A stretch of DNA of 64,000 bases from Candidatus Lloydbacteria bacterium RIFCSPLOWO2_01_FULL_50_20 (GCA_001821435.1 MHLP01000007.1:1620-65619), one strand, 5' to 3'. Positions 49,256 to 58,432 are shown, counted from the stretch's first letter. Notes: generated by a model not told the origin, from the sequence alone. Translations and numbers: made by a program.

Positions 49256-49285
49256 AGGGACTGTCCCCCAATTCCTGTCCCCCAA
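49256..49285. repeat. REP-like doublet downstream of the RAYT gene, inverted relative to 48541..48567 (gggactgtccccc aattcc tgtccccc)
   Basis: Its reverse complement, gggggacagg aatt gggggacagtccc, matches the upstream doublet. Confidence 0.65.
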
Positions 49286-49319
49286 TTCCAATTCTAATTC
49301 CCAGGTCAATACGGGTTTT

Positions 49320-49544
49320 ATGCTCGAAGTCATCAAAGAAAGCAAATTTAAGGCGACATTGCTTTCCGTGCGGTCTCAGGTTAATGAATTCGTGAGTGCG
49401 CTTGCAAGCTACGGCCTTGGACTTGCTATCGGCTATTTTTCATACCGGACGGGATTCGTTCTTTTGGCGGTAGGTTATCTTCTCTTGGCATTTCCTATTT
49501 ACTTTTTTATCCTTCGCGGTGGGCGATCTCCGGGCAGGCGATAA
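49320..49544 (+). CDS. Hypothetical small membrane protein
   Basis: 74 aa, two hydrophobic helices. Confidence 0.3.
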   Translation: MLEVIKESKFKATLLSVRSQVNEFVSALASYGLGLAIGYFSYRTGFVLLAVGYLLLAFPIYFFILRGGRSPGRR

Positions 49545-49605
49545 GATTTGCGCTTGTGCAAATAAAAAAACGGCGGATGAGCGTCCCGTCGTTTTGTTTT
49601 GCGTA

Positions 49606-49779
49606 TTATTCTTTCTTTTCGTCTTTTTCCCACACCACGAGTGTGAGACAGAATGCTCCGATCGTCAGCATTGTTGCCCCCAGTCCGTTCAGTATGCCGT
49701 GTGAACGGAACAGATAGGCGAGTCCGATGATGCCCGCCCAGATCGCAACAGTGGCGACGGCTTTCCCGATCTCTTTCAT
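49606..49779 (-). CDS. Unlisted small membrane protein (57 aa, below the ORF-track cutoff): MKEIGKAVATVAIWAGIIGLAYLFRSHGILNGLGATMLTIGAFCLTLVVWEKDEKKE
   Basis: Hand translation of the minus strand; two TM helices; terminator-like hairpin downstream. Confidence 0.3.
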   Translation of the reverse strand: MKEIGKAVATVAIWAGIIGLAYLFRSHGILNGLGATMLTIGAFCLTLVVWEKDEKKE

Positions 49780-49807
49780 TGTTGTCTTTCTCTGTCGGTT
49801 CTAACCG

Positions 49808-50050
49808 TTAGATCTTTACTTCGAGCTTTTTCATGAGTTCGGTAACGGCGCTTTGTATCGCCATCACCGGGTCGGTGCGCAGGAACACGCGGGGTTTTCT
49901 GGTCGTGTCGCTGGCGAAACGTGCGGATACTCGGTGAAAACCGCCTTCCTCGGACGACAGGGTGAGTGTAATGACGATGCCGCATTTTACCGCACTCTCG
50001 ATCGCCGCGTTGATGGCGAACTGTTTCGTACCTTCCATGATGCTCTCCAA
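49808..50050 (-). CDS. Hypothetical small protein
   Basis: 80-aa ORF, no confident motif. Confidence 0.3.
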   Translation of the reverse strand: MESIMEGTKQFAINAAIESAVKCGIVITLTLSSEEGGFHRVSARFASDTTRKPRVFLRTDPVMAIQSAVTELMKKLEVKI

Positions 50051-50192
50051 ATGATTATGAACGGGCCTTTCTCTTACTTTTGTCTACCATAGTCCCGCAG
50101 CCTGTAAAGGGTGCTGTAGTGAAGAGGGCATTACGAGACAACTGGGGATTCTGCGGTTCTCGCTTTAGAGCTCATGGTGCTATACTGAAAGC

Positions 50193-50759
50193 ATGTTTTC
50201 CGTTCCCGAAAAAAACGTCGAGGAGCTGCACCTTGCTCCCAATCAGACCGTTGCCGATTTCGGCACCGGAAGCGGCGCGTATGCTATCGCGGCGGCAAAA
50301 GCGATGCGTGGCACGGGAAAAGTCTATGCCGTCGATGTCCAGAAAGGCATTCTCACGCGGCTCGAAAATACCTGCAAAGAATATGGTCTGGGGAACATCT
50401 CCTTTATCTGGGGCGACCTGGAAAAGCCGGAGGGGACGCGGTTGCGCAATGATTCTTGCGATGCGGTGATCCTCTCGAATGTCCTCTCGCAGGCCTCTGA
50501 TAAAAAGGCGGTCATAGACGAAGTCAGGCGTGTCCTGCATCCGGGCGGAATATTGCTGCTCATAGACTGGACTGCATCATTCAATAATATGGGCCCCGTG
50601 AAGGAGCAGGTATTTCCGGAAGCGGAAAGTCGGAAACTCACCGAAGGATCCGGATTTCTTTTCGACCGCTCGATCAACGCGGGGAATTACCATTATGGGC
50701 TCGTCATGAGAAAAGTGATCTCCGCGGCTGCAAAAAAAGAAGAACACATTCACGCATAA
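50193..50759 (+). CDS. Class I SAM-dependent methyltransferase
   Basis: Motif I VADFGTGSGAYAI; motif post-I KVYAVDV; LHPGGILLLIDW. Confidence 0.75.
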   Translation: MFSVPEKNVEELHLAPNQTVADFGTGSGAYAIAAAKAMRGTGKVYAVDVQKGILTRLENTCKEYGLGNISFIWGDLEKPEGTRLRNDSCDAVILSNVLSQASDKKAVIDEVRRVLHPGGILLLIDWTASFNNMGPVKEQVFPEAESRKLTEGSGFLFDRSINAGNYHYGLVMRKVISAAAKKEEHIHA

Positions 50760-50769
50760 GCATATCCAT

Positions 50770-52098
50770 ATGAAATTTCAAACCATACTCCTTGCGATCT
50801 TCGGTGTCGTAGCGGTTGTCGCAGTCGTTATATTTTCGGTCGTTCCGGTAAAAAATAGTTCAAAGAACCAGGGAACGGTCGGTGCGGTGGGCGGCGTGAC
50901 GATCTGGGGAACTTTCCCGTCGACGAGAGAGCTGCTCAAGGTCTTCGAGATATTCAATGCCGGATATAAAGACAGTTTTGCGGTGAATTATGAATTTCAC
51001 GATCCCGCCGTTTTTGACAATGACATTGTCGAGGCGCTTGCCTCGGGGCGCGGTCCCGATATTCTTCTTCTTCCCGACGATCTCGTGCTTCGCCATTCCG
51101 ACAAGATCGAGCTTATTTCGTATCAATCCGTACCGCAGGTCGTCTTTCAGTCGAATTTCATTCAGGCGGCGGAGATCTACATGCGCGACAAAGGGCTGAT
51201 CGCGCTTCCGTTCGCGATCGATCCGATGGTCATGTATTGGAATCGCGATCTGTTCAACAACGCCTCACTTACCGAACCGCCGCGTTACTGGGACGAGCTC
51301 TTGACGATGACGCCGAAATTGACGAAACGCGATCCGCAGACTTCCGATATCGTACAGAGCGCTGTCTCGTTCGGAGAATACGAGAATGTGCTTTTTGCAA
51401 AGGATATTCTTGCCATGCTTTTCCTTCAGGTGGGGAACCCGCTGGTAGCCGTTCAGGATGGAAAACCCTACTCGAAGATCGTTACATCGAACGGGAAGGA
51501 AAATGTTCCTGCGCAGAATATCGTCTCTGCGTTCCGCTTCTACATGGACTTTTCGAACCCCCAAAAGCCGAATTATACCTGGGGACGCGCGCGCCAAAAC
51601 TCGCGCGACGAATTCATCAACGGGAATCTCGCGATCTATTTCGATTATGCGAGCGCATACAAGCCTATCCAGGAGAAAAATCCGCATCTGAATTTCGCCG
51701 TTGCGCAGGTACCGCTTCCGCGCGGCACTAACGCGGAGATCACCTTCACCAAAGTGTACGGGCTCTCGGTGCTTAAATCTTCGCGGAACAAACAGACGGC
51801 TTTTGTTGCCGTACAGCACCTGCTCACAGATCCGTTGCCGGAAAGAAGTTTTGCGTCCGCTTTCGATCTTCCCCCCGTTATCCGGTCTTATCTGGCTCAG
51901 CCACCGACAGACTCAGCGCTTGCGGTATTCTATGATGCGGCGATCCGCGGCAGAACGTGGCTCGATCCGAAGCCTGAAGTGAGCAACAAGGCGTTCCGGA
52001 GAATGGTCGAGTCGGTTGCCTCCGGGCGGAATGACGTGAGCATTGCGATCGCCATACTTCACGGGGATATGGTTGCCGCACTCGCCCCATATCAATAA
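50770..52098 (+). CDS. Membrane-anchored extracellular solute-binding-protein-like protein (SBP family 1-like), no cognate permease nearby
   Basis: N-terminal TM/signal anchor; 442 aa with a periplasmic-binding-protein-like pattern; family call from memory, medium-low certainty. Confidence 0.4.
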   Translation: MKFQTILLAIFGVVAVVAVVIFSVVPVKNSSKNQGTVGAVGGVTIWGTFPSTRELLKVFEIFNAGYKDSFAVNYEFHDPAVFDNDIVEALASGRGPDILLLPDDLVLRHSDKIELISYQSVPQVVFQSNFIQAAEIYMRDKGLIALPFAIDPMVMYWNRDLFNNASLTEPPRYWDELLTMTPKLTKRDPQTSDIVQSAVSFGEYENVLFAKDILAMLFLQVGNPLVAVQDGKPYSKIVTSNGKENVPAQNIVSAFRFYMDFSNPQKPNYTWGRARQNSRDEFINGNLAIYFDYASAYKPIQEKNPHLNFAVAQVPLPRGTNAEITFTKVYGLSVLKSSRNKQTAFVAVQHLLTDPLPERSFASAFDLPPVIRSYLAQPPTDSALAVFYDAAIRGRTWLDPKPEVSNKAFRRMVESVASGRNDVSIAIAILHGDMVAALAPYQ

Positions 52099-52107
52099 TC
52101 TTTTGCC

Positions 52108-52527
52108 ATGAAAAAAAATTTACATTTCATTCTCCCGATGATCTTCATGCTTATGGTGTTCTCACTTCCTCTTGTTGTATCTGCGCAAGGACAATGGAGA
52201 GGCATTGTCGTGTGTGGTAATACGAGCGGCGGAAATCAAGGCCTTGATAGTCAGCCGTGTACTTTTAATGACATCATCAATCAGGTAAAAGTAGTGATCG
52301 ACTTCGCGCTTTTCAAGATCGCCGCCCCGCTTGCCGCCGTCATGTTCGCCTACGCGGGATTTCTCTATGTGACCAACCGCGGAAATGAATCGCAGATCAA
52401 GCAGGCACACGAGATCTTCTGGAACGTCTTCATCGGTCTGGTCATCGCGCTTGCCGCATGGCTCACCATGAATTTCATCCTTACTTTTTTCCTCGGTCAA
52501 GACTCGGCGTTCAATTTCTTAAGATGA
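52108..52527 (+). CDS. Pilin-like paralog 1 (VirB2/TrbC-like, T4SS-pilin-like): signal peptide ending VVSA|Q then two hydrophobic helices
   Basis: Signal peptide with A-Q junction; shared two-helix architecture with the eight following paralogs. Confidence 0.5.
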   Translation: MKKNLHFILPMIFMLMVFSLPLVVSAQGQWRGIVVCGNTSGGNQGLDSQPCTFNDIINQVKVVIDFALFKIAAPLAAVMFAYAGFLYVTNRGNESQIKQAHEIFWNVFIGLVIALAAWLTMNFILTFFLGQDSAFNFLR

Positions 52528-52568
52528 CCTTTTGCTCATACACTATCTTTCGCAGTAGTATTTGCTCT

Positions 52569-52931
52569 ATGTCCAAACAAAGTTTTTTTTCAAATGTTTC
52601 AGCGTTCATCCTCTTGTTTAGCGGTTGGGCCGTTGTTGCTCATGCGCAGACGTCAATGTACCAAAATCCGATTACCTACGGCGGTATTCGGACGATACCC
52701 GATCTTCTTATTGCCATCGTCGATCTGGTCTTTTTGATCGCCGTTCCCATTATCGTTATCTTTATCATCTATTCAGGATTTCTTTTTGTGACTTCAGGAG
52801 ACAATGAAGCCAATATCAAGAAAGCGAAGACGGTGTTCATGTGGACGGTTGTCGGGGCGCTCGTATTGCTCGGCGCCAAGGCGATCTCCGCGGCGATACA
52901 GAGTACTATTTTAAGTCTTGGCGCGACATGA
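52569..52931 (+). CDS. Pilin-like paralog 2 (signal peptide ending AHA|Q)
   Basis: Start refined to MSKQSFF at 52569; same two-helix architecture. Confidence 0.5.
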   Translation: MSKQSFFSNVSAFILLFSGWAVVAHAQTSMYQNPITYGGIRTIPDLLIAIVDLVFLIAVPIIVIFIIYSGFLFVTSGDNEANIKKAKTVFMWTVVGALVLLGAKAISAAIQSTILSLGAT

Positions 52932-53299
52932 TCATTAATACAATAAAAAAATATCGCGTACTTCCATTTGTCGCCTCGACCGTGGTTTTGCTTTTTCCCG
53001 CAATTGTTTTTGCACAGCTCCCGCAGCCGACGGTGACGCTTTCCAATCCCGCTCCCGGTGCGGGATCAACACTTCAGGATTTCGTTTATCTGCTTATTGA
53101 GATCATCCAGTGGGTGGCGCTTCCCATCTTGGCTCTCTGTATCATCCATGCTGGATTTATCCTTGTTTCCGCCGGCGGCAATGAAGAAAAGATCACCAAG
53201 GGGAAGCTCTGGGTCATCTGGACCTTGGTCGGAGCGGCGATCATTCTCGGTTCTCGCGTCGTTGCCAATATCATTTTTGGTACGGCAAGCGTATTTTAA
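52928..53299 (+). CDS. Pilin-like paralog 3 (signal peptide ending VFA|Q)
   Basis: Start MIINTIKK at 52928 (ATGA overlap with paralog 2); same architecture. Confidence 0.5.
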   Translation: MIINTIKKYRVLPFVASTVVLLFPAIVFAQLPQPTVTLSNPAPGAGSTLQDFVYLLIEIIQWVALPILALCIIHAGFILVSAGGNEEKITKGKLWVIWTLVGAAIILGSRVVANIIFGTASVF

Positions 53300-53305
53300 C
53301 CATAT

Positions 53306-53674
53306 ATGATCTCACGATATAAAAAATTTCGGCAAATACTCCTCACGATCGCGGCTCTTTTCATGCCCGTTATCGCGTTTGCACAGGCGCCGACAAATTT
53401 CAGGGAGTTTGCCTCGCTTGTTGTCAGAATGCTCCAGAGCGTTATTGCCGTTCTTTTCGTGTCGCTTGCCGTCGGCCTCGTGTTTGGCGTGGTGTTGTTC
53501 TTGGCGAATGCCGATAACGAAAAAAAGCGCATGGAGATCAAGGGATATCTGCTTTGGGGTGTTATCGGTATCATCGTGGTTATGGGTATCTGGGGTATTC
53601 TTGAGACACTCAGTGTCAGTGTCTTCGGTCCCGGTGCTGTCGGCATTCCGCAGTTGAGGCCTCCCGCATTATGA
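53306..53674 (+). CDS. Pilin-like paralog 4 (signal peptide ending AFA|Q)
   Basis: Same architecture; conserved GxxLWGxIG segment. Confidence 0.5.
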   Translation: MISRYKKFRQILLTIAALFMPVIAFAQAPTNFREFASLVVRMLQSVIAVLFVSLAVGLVFGVVLFLANADNEKKRMEIKGYLLWGVIGIIVVMGIWGILETLSVSVFGPGAVGIPQLRPPAL

Positions 53675-54042
53675 AATACAGACATCTTACCTTGATCCAG
53701 TCGGGCGCCCTGTTTTTCGCTTTCCCGTTTATCGGCTCTGCGCAGGTGAATGACGTTTTTGGGCTTGCGACGCTGGCCTATAACATCCTCGTACGGCTCG
53801 GTTCGCTCTTCTGGATATTAGCAGTGATGCTTTTTGTGTGGGGGATCGTCAAATTCATCGGCAATGCCGGCGACTCGGCTGCGCATGCAGAGGGAAAGAA
53901 ATTCATTGTCTGGGGACTCATTGCTTTTGTGGTGCTGACGTCACTTTGGGGCATTGTGAACTTGGTTCTCTCAGACACATTCAACATCACCCCGGGAGGA
54001 CAGGTGCAATATGTCGATAAAACCGGCAATATCGTCAATTAG
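53671..54042 (+). CDS. Pilin-like paralog 5 (signal peptide ending GSA|Q)
   Basis: Same architecture; ATGA overlap with paralog 4. Confidence 0.5.
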   Translation: MKYRHLTLIQSGALFFAFPFIGSAQVNDVFGLATLAYNILVRLGSLFWILAVMLFVWGIVKFIGNAGDSAAHAEGKKFIVWGLIAFVVLTSLWGIVNLVLSDTFNITPGGQVQYVDKTGNIVN

Positions 54043-54288
54043 CCGATTTTTTGCTGGTCACAGTCTTACTATTGGTGATTAGAAAAATGGCCTTAAATAA
54101 GGATTTTTTTGTGTTCATGCCAATTAGTTTACATGGCGGCCTAGTTGAGATCAACAAAAAGTCCGTTTTTGAGTAATCCACAGAGCCTTGCGAATAATCA
54201 TTGCCCCAATTCAACAAGTGGGCTATTATAAATTTATTGTTTTATAGGAGGTTGTTTGCAATTTTATTAACTTATTTTTCATTTAAAT

Positions 54289-54642
54289 ATGAAGAAAATT
54301 ATTACTGGTGCTCTGTTTCTCGGCCCGATGACGGCTTTCGCGCAGGGAACACCTCTCCTGAATACGGTAAATCAGATCAGTCAGATCGTGGGTCTTTTGA
54401 TCCCACTCCTTCTGGCGGTTGCGGTTCTTCTCTTTTTCTGGGGATTGGTCAAGTTCATTGCCAATGCTTCTGACGAGGCGGCAAAAGAGTCAGGCAAAAC
54501 CCTGATGATCTGGGGTATGATCGCCATCTTCGTCATGGTCGCTTTCTGGGGGATCATCGGTTATGTTCAGCAGTCGCTTGGTGTCACGGGTAGCGTTACG
54601 ACCACCGCACCGCCTGTCGTGAATGTTGTCCCTGCATCCTAA
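54289..54642 (+). CDS. Pilin-like paralog 6 (signal peptide ending AFA|Q; C-terminal tail ...TTAPPVVNVVPAS)
   Basis: LFFWGLVKFIANASDEAAKESGKTLMIWGMIAIFVMVAFWGIIGYVQ core; own AT-rich promoter region upstream. Confidence 0.55.
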   Translation: MKKIITGALFLGPMTAFAQGTPLLNTVNQISQIVGLLIPLLLAVAVLLFFWGLVKFIANASDEAAKESGKTLMIWGMIAIFVMVAFWGIIGYVQQSLGVTGSVTTTAPPVVNVVPAS

Positions 54643-54653
54643 TTTATCTGAAC

Positions 54654-54953
54654 ATGTTTACTCCTTTTGGAAACACGCTGAGTATCATCAGTTACTATGT
54701 CAGCTTATTGGTTCCGCTCCTTCTGGCGGTTGCGATTGTACTCTTTTTCTGGGGACTGGTCAAGTTTATCGCCAATGCTTCTGACGAGGCGGCAAGGGAA
54801 TCCGGCAAAAATCTGATGATCTGGGGTATGATCGCCATCTTCGTCATGGTCGCCTTCTGGAGTATCATCGGCTACGTTCAGTCATCGCTTGGCGTCAGCG
54901 GGAATATCAATACCGGTTCTGCTCCGACAGTGAGCATTGTGCCGATGACGTAA
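54654..54953 (+). CDS. Pilin-like paralog 7 (no signal peptide; about 90% identical core to paralog 6; tail ...GSAPTVSIVPMT)
   Basis: LFFWGLVKFIANASDEAARESGKNLMIWGMIAIFVMVAFWSIIGYVQ. Confidence 0.5.
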   Translation: MFTPFGNTLSIISYYVSLLVPLLLAVAIVLFFWGLVKFIANASDEAARESGKNLMIWGMIAIFVMVAFWSIIGYVQSSLGVSGNINTGSAPTVSIVPMT

Positions 54954-55107
54954 TTACCGTTATTGCCGATATACAAAAATCCGTCCGTTAGGGGCGGATT
55001 TTTGCTTGTCCGAATAGAGAACCGTTGTCATTCTTTAATTCTTTTAAGAGGAGTTTTCCCCCTATGTTTTTTGTTCGGCAATACTTTCTTGCTATACTGC
55101 ATACATA

Positions 55108-55422
55108 ATGAATATATTACTTCCGAACATCGCGCATGCGCAGACTAGGCCGCCCGACTCCGTTCTTGTTTTGGTGGGAAAAATCTCCACAGAGATATTG
55201 AATCCGATCATCGCCATTATGTTTTCGCTTGCGCTGGCGTATTTTATCTATGGCGTTGCGGCCTACCTCTGGAATCCCGAAAATGAAGAAGCGCGGACAA
55301 CGGGAAAAAGAGGAATGCTCTGGGGTGTGATCGGCATGTTTATCATGGTTTCGGTCTTCGGCATTATGCAGTTTCTTATCAGATCCATCGGTGCCGATCC
55401 TAATCTGATGAAGTATGTCTAA
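55108..55422 (+). CDS. Pilin-like paralog 8 (signal-like N-terminus ending AHA|Q)
   Basis: Same two-helix architecture (MLWGVIGMFIMVSVFGIMQF). Confidence 0.45.
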   Translation: MNILLPNIAHAQTRPPDSVLVLVGKISTEILNPIIAIMFSLALAYFIYGVAAYLWNPENEEARTTGKRGMLWGVIGMFIMVSVFGIMQFLIRSIGADPNLMKYV

Positions 55423-55717
55423 CGGAATACTCGGAGTCATTGATATTGTCATCGCCCTCATATCTGCGATCATACCTGTCTTAGTCGGTTTTGCGGTTGT
55501 GGTTTTTTTCTGGGGAGTGGTCAAGTTTATCGCTCATTCCGGCGATGAAAAGGCTCTTCAGGAAGGGAAACAGCTGATGATCTGGGGAATGATCGGCATC
55601 TTCGTTATTGTTGCGCTCTGGTCTGTGGTCGGCTATATACAGATGTCACTTGGCCTCAATCTTGTAACTCCTTCGCGAACGGCACCGTCCGCACCGACGG
55701 TCATTCCCGCGATCTGA
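55415..55717 (+). CDS. Pilin-like paralog 9 (no signal peptide; tail ...TAPSAPTVIPAI)
   Basis: VVFFWGVVKFIAHSGDEKALQEGKQLMIWGMIGIFVIVALWSVVGYIQ closely parallels paralogs 6 and 7. Confidence 0.5.
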   Translation: MSNGILGVIDIVIALISAIIPVLVGFAVVVFFWGVVKFIAHSGDEKALQEGKQLMIWGMIGIFVIVALWSVVGYIQMSLGLNLVTPSRTAPSAPTVIPAI

Positions 55718-55844
55718 GGCCCCACTCACCCTCGTTTTTCCGATAAAAAAACCCTGTAGTAGGCCGCTTCCGAGCGGACTTACTACAGGGTTTTGCACTT
55801 TTGTTCGAGGGTGAACCCTCGATGGTGCTAATGTACAATTTGAG

Positions 55845-57155
55845 TCATCTTTTCCGAAAGAATCGCAGCATTATCTTCGGGATCGGCGGCGAACTCCATA
55901 TCCCAAAGTTATCACGATTGGGGAGGCTGTTCGGGCCGTAGAGATACGCAGTGAATGCCGTACCCCACGTGTCGACCTCCAGATAATAGTAACCGGAGAT
56001 CTTTCCGCCGCGGTCTTTCCAATCACCCACGCAGGTCTTTGACGCCCGCTTGTGGGAGACATATCCGCATGACCCCGGGGTACTTTTGAGTTCGATGTCG
56101 AGATCGGCGAATGCTTCCCCAAAACCGAGCGTCAAGTTTGCCGCATCAGTCACTTCTCGTCTTGGCTTTGGCAGGATATGGATCCTTTTTCCGTTCCACG
56201 CTCCTTGCGGAACGACGTACTGCGGATTCGCCGCAACATACTCCACCCACCAATTTTCTCCGAGATCCTTCGACGTCAAATTTGGTTCCCTCGGTACTCC
56301 CGGTGGGATGAGCGGATCCTTTGGTCCGCCCAATGTTTGTCCGGAGAGTGGCAGTTTCTTTCCGGTCAATTCTTCCCATGCTCCTTCGGGAGCCATGAAC
56401 ACATAGTAGGCACCGACAAGTAGGGTAGACAGGAACGCAAGCCGGAACAGCAGCATGGTTGTTGTCGTAAGACCAGGATATGCCGCTTTCTCTTTTCCGC
56501 CGTTCCTTATTTTGGATGCCATCCTCGCCCTTGCGACGAAAAGATAGAGCACCCATAATACTGCCGAGATCCACACCAGGTTCGGCGTGGTGATCAGTTT
56601 TGGACTGTACCACCACATCGCCCCAAGCATTGTCACCAACAATATCCATGTAACGGGATACGTCAGTGAATCAAGGAAAACATCTCCGAGGGTGTGGTTG
56701 GGCACCGTCTTGGTGATCGTACCTTGTGTCAGTGCTGCCGGACCCGACGACGGTGTTACAGATGTTACTGTCGGCCTTTTCCTGCGTGGAAGCTTCCTGA
56801 GAAGAATGACGCCTGCGATGAACATGATGAGCAACAGTGTCACCGCAAAGCTCCACAGAATGATTTTTGCAAGACTGCCGACGGTGTTTCCGGAAAAGAA
56901 GTAGGACAACAAGAGCAGTGAGATCATCAAAAGACCGAACACGATCCCTGCCCTATAACGTTTCATTCTTATTCCCTTTTCCTTTCGGAAGATACGCAGG
57001 GCGGACATGGTGACGCCTGCAAGATACTTCATTGTCCCCGCAAGCGCCTTCTGGAACTTCACCAAACGTTGTTTAACGTTGAGTTTTCGGAGCATTCTTT
57101 TTGATCTCCTCAAGGATCTGCGCATTAATGGGGTCGACCTGCTGATCTCCCCCAA
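55845..57155 (-). CDS. Hypothetical polytopic membrane protein with a C-terminal extracytoplasmic domain
   Basis: 436-aa ORF, several TM helices, Cys/Trp/Tyr-rich C-terminal region; no motif. Confidence 0.4.
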   Translation of the reverse strand: MGEISRSTPLMRRSLRRSKRMLRKLNVKQRLVKFQKALAGTMKYLAGVTMSALRIFRKEKGIRMKRYRAGIVFGLLMISLLLLSYFFSGNTVGSLAKIILWSFAVTLLLIMFIAGVILLRKLPRRKRPTVTSVTPSSGPAALTQGTITKTVPNHTLGDVFLDSLTYPVTWILLVTMLGAMWWYSPKLITTPNLVWISAVLWVLYLFVARARMASKIRNGGKEKAAYPGLTTTTMLLFRLAFLSTLLVGAYYVFMAPEGAWEELTGKKLPLSGQTLGGPKDPLIPPGVPREPNLTSKDLGENWWVEYVAANPQYVVPQGAWNGKRIHILPKPRREVTDAANLTLGFGEAFADLDIELKSTPGSCGYVSHKRASKTCVGDWKDRGGKISGYYYLEVDTWGTAFTAYLYGPNSLPNRDNFGIWSSPPIPKIMLRFFRKR

Positions 57156-58305
57156 CTTGCATGATGACTGTACCCGCCTCTTTTGCGACGTTGACTTGCG
57201 TTTGCTGGTCGATAAGTTTGAGGCCTAATGCACCTTGTGCACGTGCCTCTTTTGCCAATTCGCGCATATAACCCGCTTCAGCAGTGGCATCAGCGGCTCG
57301 GAGAGTTTTTCTCTTATCGGCTTCGGCACCAGCTTCGATTCTTACCACTTCGGCCTTACGGTCAGCAGTGTACTTCAACGTCCGCGACTTATCGGCTTCC
57401 GGGTCGGACATCTCCATTGTTTCGATGAGTACGCGAGAAACTCGAACACCGAAAAGTTTTTCGGTACCCGGGCCTTCGTCGATCTGGGTACTCACTTTGG
57501 CGAGGTCAACATTGAGCAGTTCGCGAAGTTCTGAGCCCTCCTCTACATCTTTCCCCAGTTCTCCAAGGAGTGTATCGAAGTCTCTCGCTCTCACGAAATT
57601 TCTTCCGCGGACTTGTATCGCAGCGATGGACTGCTGAAGCCACTTAATATCACCAAATGCGGATTTCCAGGGATTGATGATCTGGAAAGTCACTTTTCCG
57701 CGAAGAGTTGCCTTGACGTTTTCCTGTCTACCTGTGTCCGTATCGGTGATAGTGATGGAGTATGTCTGTTCGGAAAGCAGGAAATAGTCAGAGTTATCGG
57801 TGACGCCGATAACCTTGAGGTGACCGTCACTGCTCATCAACTCCTTGGTCCGTGCAAATTCGTATATGTAGATGTGTTCATTGAACGGATTGAAGAATCG
57901 ATACCCCGAATGACGATAGATGTAAGCGTCAATGCTTCCCATTTCCTCTTGAGGCGGCGCTTCGTTTTGTTGGAGTGGAACAATTTCATATTTATCTGGA
58001 GCTGTTGCACCCCCGCGCTGCTTGAATTGCTCACTATTGAGCAAACCAGACACTACTTTCCCGCCCCTCATTTTGAATTTGAATTTGTTCGGTCCGACCT
58101 TGGTCGTGGCTGCGAACTTGGCGGGATCATTCGGGTCATTTTCAAAGAATCTTGCAAGAATGGGAAGCCAGATCGAGACGGTAGCATGTGCGACCAAAAC
58201 GATCGCCAGCAACATTCCCATCAGCATTCCGAGTGCGATAAGCATAATGCGCTCCTTCTGTGATTTGCCGCATATTACAACGAATTTCTGAAAAAACTGT
58301 AACAA
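57073..58305 (-). CDS. SPFH/band 7 domain protein (stomatin/flotillin/HflK-like)
   Basis: N-terminal TM anchor; SPFH-like core; long Ala/Glu-rich coiled-coil C-terminus. Confidence 0.55.
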   Translation of the reverse strand: MLQFFQKFVVICGKSQKERIMLIALGMLMGMLLAIVLVAHATVSIWLPILARFFENDPNDPAKFAATTKVGPNKFKFKMRGGKVVSGLLNSEQFKQRGGATAPDKYEIVPLQQNEAPPQEEMGSIDAYIYRHSGYRFFNPFNEHIYIYEFARTKELMSSDGHLKVIGVTDNSDYFLLSEQTYSITITDTDTGRQENVKATLRGKVTFQIINPWKSAFGDIKWLQQSIAAIQVRGRNFVRARDFDTLLGELGKDVEEGSELRELLNVDLAKVSTQIDEGPGTEKLFGVRVSRVLIETMEMSDPEADKSRTLKYTADRKAEVVRIEAGAEADKRKTLRAADATAEAGYMRELAKEARAQGALGLKLIDQQTQVNVAKEAGTVIMQVGGDQQVDPINAQILEEIKKNAPKTQR

Positions 58306-58347
58306 AAAACACAGGAAAAGTCAAGGTTTCCCAAGTGTGAGTTTGTT

Positions 58348-58432
58348 TGGTGGGCAGGAGAGGACTCGAACCTCCATGGGTTACCCCGTTGCGTCCTAAG
58401 CGCAGTGCGTCTACCAATTTCGCCACCTGCCC
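58348..58432 (-). tRNA. tRNA-Leu (anticodon TAG), long variable arm, CCA encoded
   Basis: Reverse-complement fold: acceptor GGGCAGG/CCTGCCC, anticodon loop cuUAGga, variable arm GGGGTAACCC, T-loop GGTTCGAGTCC. Confidence 0.8.

Noticed and set aside
52108-55717. Possibility that the small paralogs are type IV (PilA-like) pilins or a CRISPR-like repeat array
   Set aside because: No class III signal (G|FTLIE) N-terminus, so not type IV pilins. The repeats are protein-coding paralogs, not short direct DNA repeats with spacers.
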